29,710 nucleotides of DNA from a virus. Its lineage: Duplodnaviria; Caudoviricetes. Position numbers and translations under genes: made by a program. The DNA lies in IMG/VR virus record IMGVR_UViG_3300032266_001011, positions 1-29,710 of that record; one strand, given 5' to 3'. This document shows positions 25,956 through 29,710 of the stretch, in pieces (position 1 is the stretch's first letter; each line of letters begins with the position of its first letter). The notes under the pieces were generated by a model that saw only the letters and a list, made by a program, of their open reading frames with translations, was not told the origin of the DNA and did no database searches.

Positions 25956-26521
25956 GCGCAGACATTGACATTGATGTGCCCAATAGGGATGCTGTGCTGG
26001 CATTGATCCAGCATACAGCCGCACGGCAAAGCAACGGGCGCCGACACAACTCCGGCATCTATGTCACTGAGATTCCCAGAGATCCTGTGACGGGTACAAG
26101 TGCATTGGATTATGAAACAGCCGAGGCCCGCGGCTACTTCAAGATCGATTTATTGAACATGAGTGTGTATAATTTAGTGCGAGATCCTGCACACTATGAA
26201 GAGATGTTAGCGGCAGAGCCGCCCTGGAGTAGATTGTGGACAGATCCAGAATGGTCCCGGCAACTAGTGCATGTAGGCAACTACACTGATTTGCTGCGGA
26301 CAATGCAGCCAGATTCAATCCCTAGGATGGCTGCGTTTATTTCAGTAATCCGTCCAGGCAAAGCACACTTACAGAATCAGCCCTGGAATCGAGTTTTTGA
26401 GTCAGTGTGGGATGGAGATGACAGTAGAGGTTATACGTTCAAAAAAGCTCATGCTGTGGGATATGCAGCCTTGGTGGCCTTGCACATGAACTTACTCAAC
26501 TCGACGAACCAGGGTAATTGA
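25952..26521 (+). CDS. dnaE: Miniature DNA polymerase III alpha-like (DnaE palm/fingers only)
   Basis: ADIDIDV, HNSGIYV, GYFKIDLL, AAFISVIRPG and GYTFKKAHAVGYA match the DnaE motifs PDIDID, HAAGV, GLLKxD, ALxRPG and YGFNKSHAxAY in order. Confidence 0.85.
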   Translation: MSADIDIDVPNRDAVLALIQHTAARQSNGRRHNSGIYVTEIPRDPVTGTSALDYETAEARGYFKIDLLNMSVYNLVRDPAHYEEMLAAEPPWSRLWTDPEWSRQLVHVGNYTDLLRTMQPDSIPRMAAFISVIRPGKAHLQNQPWNRVFESVWDGDDSRGYTFKKAHAVGYAALVALHMNLLNSTNQGN

Positions 26522-26869
26522 TTTTCGTTTGCCTTTTCTACGGGCGATGTCATTTAAACTGCACACAGGGCCGTGCAAGATCTCCAGGTCCTTGTTCACA
26601 AATGTGCGTAAGCACAGTCGAAATTCTTCCCATTCGCCGCGCAGGAATATGTTGATGGGGATTGATCTGTTGCTTTCCCACCACCAGGTGTTGGCCAGAT
26701 CAATGTAGCGACGTTTCTGTTCAGGATCTTGTATCACACCGAAGTCGTAGATGGTGGTGATCACGTCGTCTCGATTCTGCACGATGCCCACGTATTCGTT
26801 GCTGGAATACACACACAAGGTTATGAAAGGATACTTGTCTGCAAGTTTTTGGAATAAGTCGCTGCCCAT
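26492..26869 (-). CDS. Hypothetical protein
   Basis: 125 aa; WWWESNRSIPINIF; basic C-terminus; perfect TATAAATA upstream. Confidence 0.75.
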   Translation of the reverse strand: MGSDLFQKLADKYPFITLCVYSSNEYVGIVQNRDDVITTIYDFGVIQDPEQKRRYIDLANTWWWESNRSIPINIFLRGEWEEFRLCLRTFVNKDLEILHGPVCSLNDIARRKGKRKSITLVRRVE

Positions 26870-26885
26870 ATTGTATTAGTTCGGA

Positions 26886-26915
26886 TATTTATACCCCTGT
26901 GTCTCGGGCTAAATA
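26886..26915. promoter_or_regulatory. Divergent late promoters
   Basis: Minus-strand TATAAATA (26886-26893) and plus-strand cTAAATA (26909-26915). Confidence 0.7.
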
Positions 26916-26932
26916 TCATTGGAGCTCACCAC

Positions 26933-28024
26933 ATGTATTCAACCCAGATCTATATCTATCAACAAATCCAACGTGTGTTGGTATTGGATACCACAGATGG
27001 TGATGTTTTTGACCGGAGGTGGGATCCTGTGTACGCTAAAAAACTAACCATCAACAAGGGTGTTGACAATGTGATTTTGTTTGAGTTCATCAATCAAGAT
27101 CAAAAACCTGTGAACATCACCGGATCAGCATTGCGATTCAGACTGATCAATCTAGCGGGCACAGCCCTGCTGATTGAAAAAGACATGGTCATAATCAACG
27201 CTCAGTTTGGTCGTGCCAAGGTCATACTCACAGCAGCAGAGACCACAGAGTTTCCGCCAGAACCCTCAAGTTATAGCATAGAACGAGCCAGTGGCAATCT
27301 TGTGGAAGCAGTGTTCGTGGATGCCCAAGCACAAGGCCGTGGCGATGTGGACATTGTTGATTCAGTCAAGCCGGCTTTTGTGCCCAGCCAGTTGGTCACC
27401 ATTCCCACAATCTATGGTCCGGAATCTTATGTTGATCCGGTGTTCAATTCCAACTATCCTGATTGGGCATTGAATCCACCAGGTGCGTATGGCAATGTAT
27501 TCAATGACCCACAACGATTCAGCAGTCATGTGCCCACCAATGGTACCAGCTTTACCACATTCCAGATGGAGATGGATCACTACACCGGAAATGTCAAAGT
27601 GCAAGGTGCCCAGAACTACGAATCTGTTTGGGCAGATGTTACAGAGTTGCAGAGCTATTACAACAAAAGTGGTGCCGACTATATCAATGTGGTGGGATAT
27701 CATCCGCTGTTGAGATTGGTAAGTGATCAATGGCCGGGCACAGAACAAGTGCAGTTGGCCCTGGCCACGGCCACCGGAGCCAATGGGGTGATCACCGGGA
27801 TCACTGTGACTCAAGCTGGATATGGATATCTTGCACCTCCTAAGGTCAATATTATTGGTTTAGGTGCAGGTGCTGTGGCCGAAGCAGAAATTACTGGCGA
27901 TCAGGTCAGTGCCATAAATGTTATAGACGGTGGCGCAGGGTATGTGGCCAATCCACAACAAAGCAATCGGGTAGCGGTAATCGGTATCAGTCGCGGAGCC
28001 ATCATAAGCATACTGGTCAGATGA
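26933..28024 (+). CDS. Putative virion structural (baseplate/tail-associated) protein
   Basis: Ig-like N-terminal region (F.FINQDQKPVNITG). C-terminal ITVTQAGYGY..PP.V.I.G.GAGA.A.A and INVIDGGAGY repeats are typical of T4-like phage structural proteins. Late promoter and GGAG SD. Confidence 0.65.
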   Translation: MYSTQIYIYQQIQRVLVLDTTDGDVFDRRWDPVYAKKLTINKGVDNVILFEFINQDQKPVNITGSALRFRLINLAGTALLIEKDMVIINAQFGRAKVILTAAETTEFPPEPSSYSIERASGNLVEAVFVDAQAQGRGDVDIVDSVKPAFVPSQLVTIPTIYGPESYVDPVFNSNYPDWALNPPGAYGNVFNDPQRFSSHVPTNGTSFTTFQMEMDHYTGNVKVQGAQNYESVWADVTELQSYYNKSGADYINVVGYHPLLRLVSDQWPGTEQVQLALATATGANGVITGITVTQAGYGYLAPPKVNIIGLGAGAVAEAEITGDQVSAINVIDGGAGYVANPQQSNRVAVIGISRGAIISILVR

Positions 28025-28752
28025 CATTTAAAAAAATCGTAGGGTTTGGTGATAGCTGGATGTATGGTGATGAACTGTTGGATCCGGAACTCCGTGGCCG
28101 ATACCCTGATGCACATTCATGCTGGCATCAAAATGATGTATACCGCAACAGTCACAACTTCTTGGGACTACTGGGCGACCATTATGGTGTACCTGTGGAA
28201 AATTTTGGCATCGCCGGCGGCAGCATGCAGAGTTCAATCTGGACATTCCAATGGTGGCTGGATCATGAACCAGACCCGGGTTCGTGTTTGATTCTGGTAG
28301 GGCATACAGACTCTGACCGACTCAGCTTTTACAATCCCAATCATCGCAGTTACGCCAATGATCCTCCGTGGAATCGGTTCGTACACTCCACCTGGGTGCA
28401 GTATGGGTCGAGCGTGGTACCTGAAGAATTCCGCACCATGGTCAAGCAACAACTGGTGCTGACCAATTGCGCTGAATTGGCAAAATTAAATTATCAACAG
28501 ACTGTACAGTTTTTTGATGGAGTAGCAGTTAGAAAAAATCTCAACATGATGCAGTTTCACATCATGCCCGAGGATATCAAAATGGATCTTCCTACCATGA
28601 TCTGGCCGGGCTTTAGTACCACCATCTGGTTCCGAGACCATCCTGGCAACCGGCATCGAGAACTCATAATGCCCGGCGGTCATCCTAACGAGATTGGGCA
28701 TGTGATGATATCAGAAAAGTTGATTTTTACCATAGACTCTGCTACAATGTAA
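28021..28752 (+). CDS. SGNH/GDSL-like hydrolase
   Basis: GFGDSW (block I), NFGIAGGS (block II), GGHPNEIGH (block V). Confidence 0.7.
   Translation: MTFKKIVGFGDSWMYGDELLDPELRGRYPDAHSCWHQNDVYRNSHNFLGLLGDHYGVPVENFGIAGGSMQSSIWTFQWWLDHEPDPGSCLILVGHTDSDRLSFYNPNHRSYANDPPWNRFVHSTWVQYGSSVVPEEFRTMVKQQLVLTNCAELAKLNYQQTVQFFDGVAVRKNLNMMQFHIMPEDIKMDLPTMIWPGFSTTIWFRDHPGNRHRELIMPGGHPNEIGHVMISEKLIFTIDSATM
28720..28748 (+). promoter_or_regulatory. sigma70-type promoter for primase, inside the 3' end of the upstream gene
   Basis: TTGATT-17-TACAAT (extended TG), 6 nt before ATG 28755. Confidence 0.6.
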
Positions 28753-28754
28753 GG

Positions 28755-29710
28755 ATGCTTGACATCCTTGGTTATCTGCCTGCGAAACGAAAAGCCACGC
28801 CTTCAGGTTGGATATCGTTCAACGCTGTGTGCTGTGCTCACAATGGCAGTACAACGGATCGACGCAGCCGAGGGGGTCTCAAACCCACAGAAACAGGTTG
28901 GAGTTATCACTGTTTCAACTGCAACTACACCGCCAGCTTTATCCTTGGACGTTCAATGAGTTTTAAGGCCCGCAGGCTCTTGAGTTGGATGGGTGTGCCC
29001 GACGCAGAGATTGATGCGTTAAACTTGGAAAGTCTCCGACATCGCAGCATACATGGTATCCTAGATGATCGCCAGAGGATGTTCAGCACCCTGGCAGGTA
29101 TTGAATTTGAAGAACAAGAACTACCGGCATTGAGTGAGTTGCTGACCGGCGAAGATCCTCGTCGAGATTATCTAAGGCAACGATGTGTGCCCGATGACTA
29201 TCCTGTGATGATACAAGATCATCCAGAACAAGCATGGCAACATCGCCCCAGTGTGATCATTCCATTCACCCACGACGATCGCATAGTAGGACACACGCAG
29301 AGATTCTTGGACGACCGCAAACCCAAATACATCAGCAACAGCCAACCCGGATATGTGTTCGGCACAGACTTACAGCATGCAGATTGGATTCATGTGATCG
29401 TGGTAGAAGGCATATTTGATGCGTTATGTATCAGTGCTCTTGCTGTGATGCACAGCACCATATCAGATGAGCAAGCAAGACTGATCCGTAGCCTGGGCCG
29501 AGAGATCACAGTGGTGCCAGATCAAGACTTGTCAGGTATGGAACTGGTGGATCGTGCTGTGGAACTGGGTTGGGCAGTGAGCATGCCTCCTTGGCCGGAT
29601 GACATCAAGGATGTGAATGACAGTGTGGTCCGTTATGGCAGGCTGGCAACTGTGCTAACTATATTTGAAAATCGTGAAACCAGTCGGATCAAAATAGAAC
29701 TAAGGAAGAA
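28755..29710 (+). CDS. gp61: DNA primase (T4 gp61-like), 3'-truncated by the window edge
   Basis: Manual translation MLDILGYLPAKRKATPSGWISFNAVCC...YHCFNC (Zn domain)...IIPF...PKY...VVEGIFDA...VPDQD..G...KDVND (TOPRIM). Absent from the ORF track because it has no stop codon in the window. Confidence 0.9.
   Translation, partial: MLDILGYLPAKRKATPSGWISFNAVCCAHNGSTTDRRSRGGLKPTETGWSYHCFNCNYTASFILGRSMSFKARRLLSWMGVPDAEIDALNLESLRHRSIHGILDDRQRMFSTLAGIEFEEQELPALSELLTGEDPRRDYLRQRCVPDDYPVMIQDHPEQAWQHRPSVIIPFTHDDRIVGHTQRFLDDRKPKYISNSQPGYVFGTDLQHADWIHVIVVEGIFDALCISALAVMHSTISDEQARLIRSLGREITVVPDQDLSGMELVDRAVELGWAVSMPPWPDDIKDVNDSVVRYGRLATVLTIFENRETSRIKIELRK

Noticed and set aside
25952-26521. Mini-DnaE as an intein-split or frameshifted pseudogene
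   Set aside because: No intein terminal motifs are visible, flanking ORFs lack DnaE motifs, and the deletions are internal and in frame.
28759-29419. Short ORFs 28759..28959 and 29234..29419
   Set aside because: They are alternative frames inside the primase gene, which starts at 28755.
1-29710. Stop-codon reassignment
   Set aside because: Core genes are full length in code 11, and TAA, TAG and TGA all serve as stops at sensible gene boundaries.

Overview
This window comes from a large T4-like (myovirus-type) dsDNA bacteriophage genome read in the standard genetic code. It holds a recombination/replication core: gp32 SSB, UvsX, UvsY, UvsW, a gp62-like clamp-loader subunit and a gp61-like primase (truncated at the window end and missing from the ORF track). 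An ~11-kb glycan-modification island interrupts this core, with GDP-mannose 4,6-dehydratase, about 8 glycosyltransferase-like genes (three KpsS/KpsC-like) and 5 SAM methyltransferases. Several island genes sit directly behind T4-late-type TAAATA boxes. Other notable elements: a 189-aa miniature DnaE (Pol III alpha) that keeps the three catalytic Asp motifs; a second AT-rich late cassette with a 2OG-Fe(II) hydroxylase; a Pro-Ala-repeat modular protein with recurrent E..L.R(I/R)..LA motifs; promoter-to-ATG spacings that imply leaderless mRNAs; a candidate pseudoknot RNA; and a repeat-rich gp32 leader. I saw no tRNA, rRNA, CRISPR array or IS element. All product calls come from motifs recognised by eye, with no database searches.
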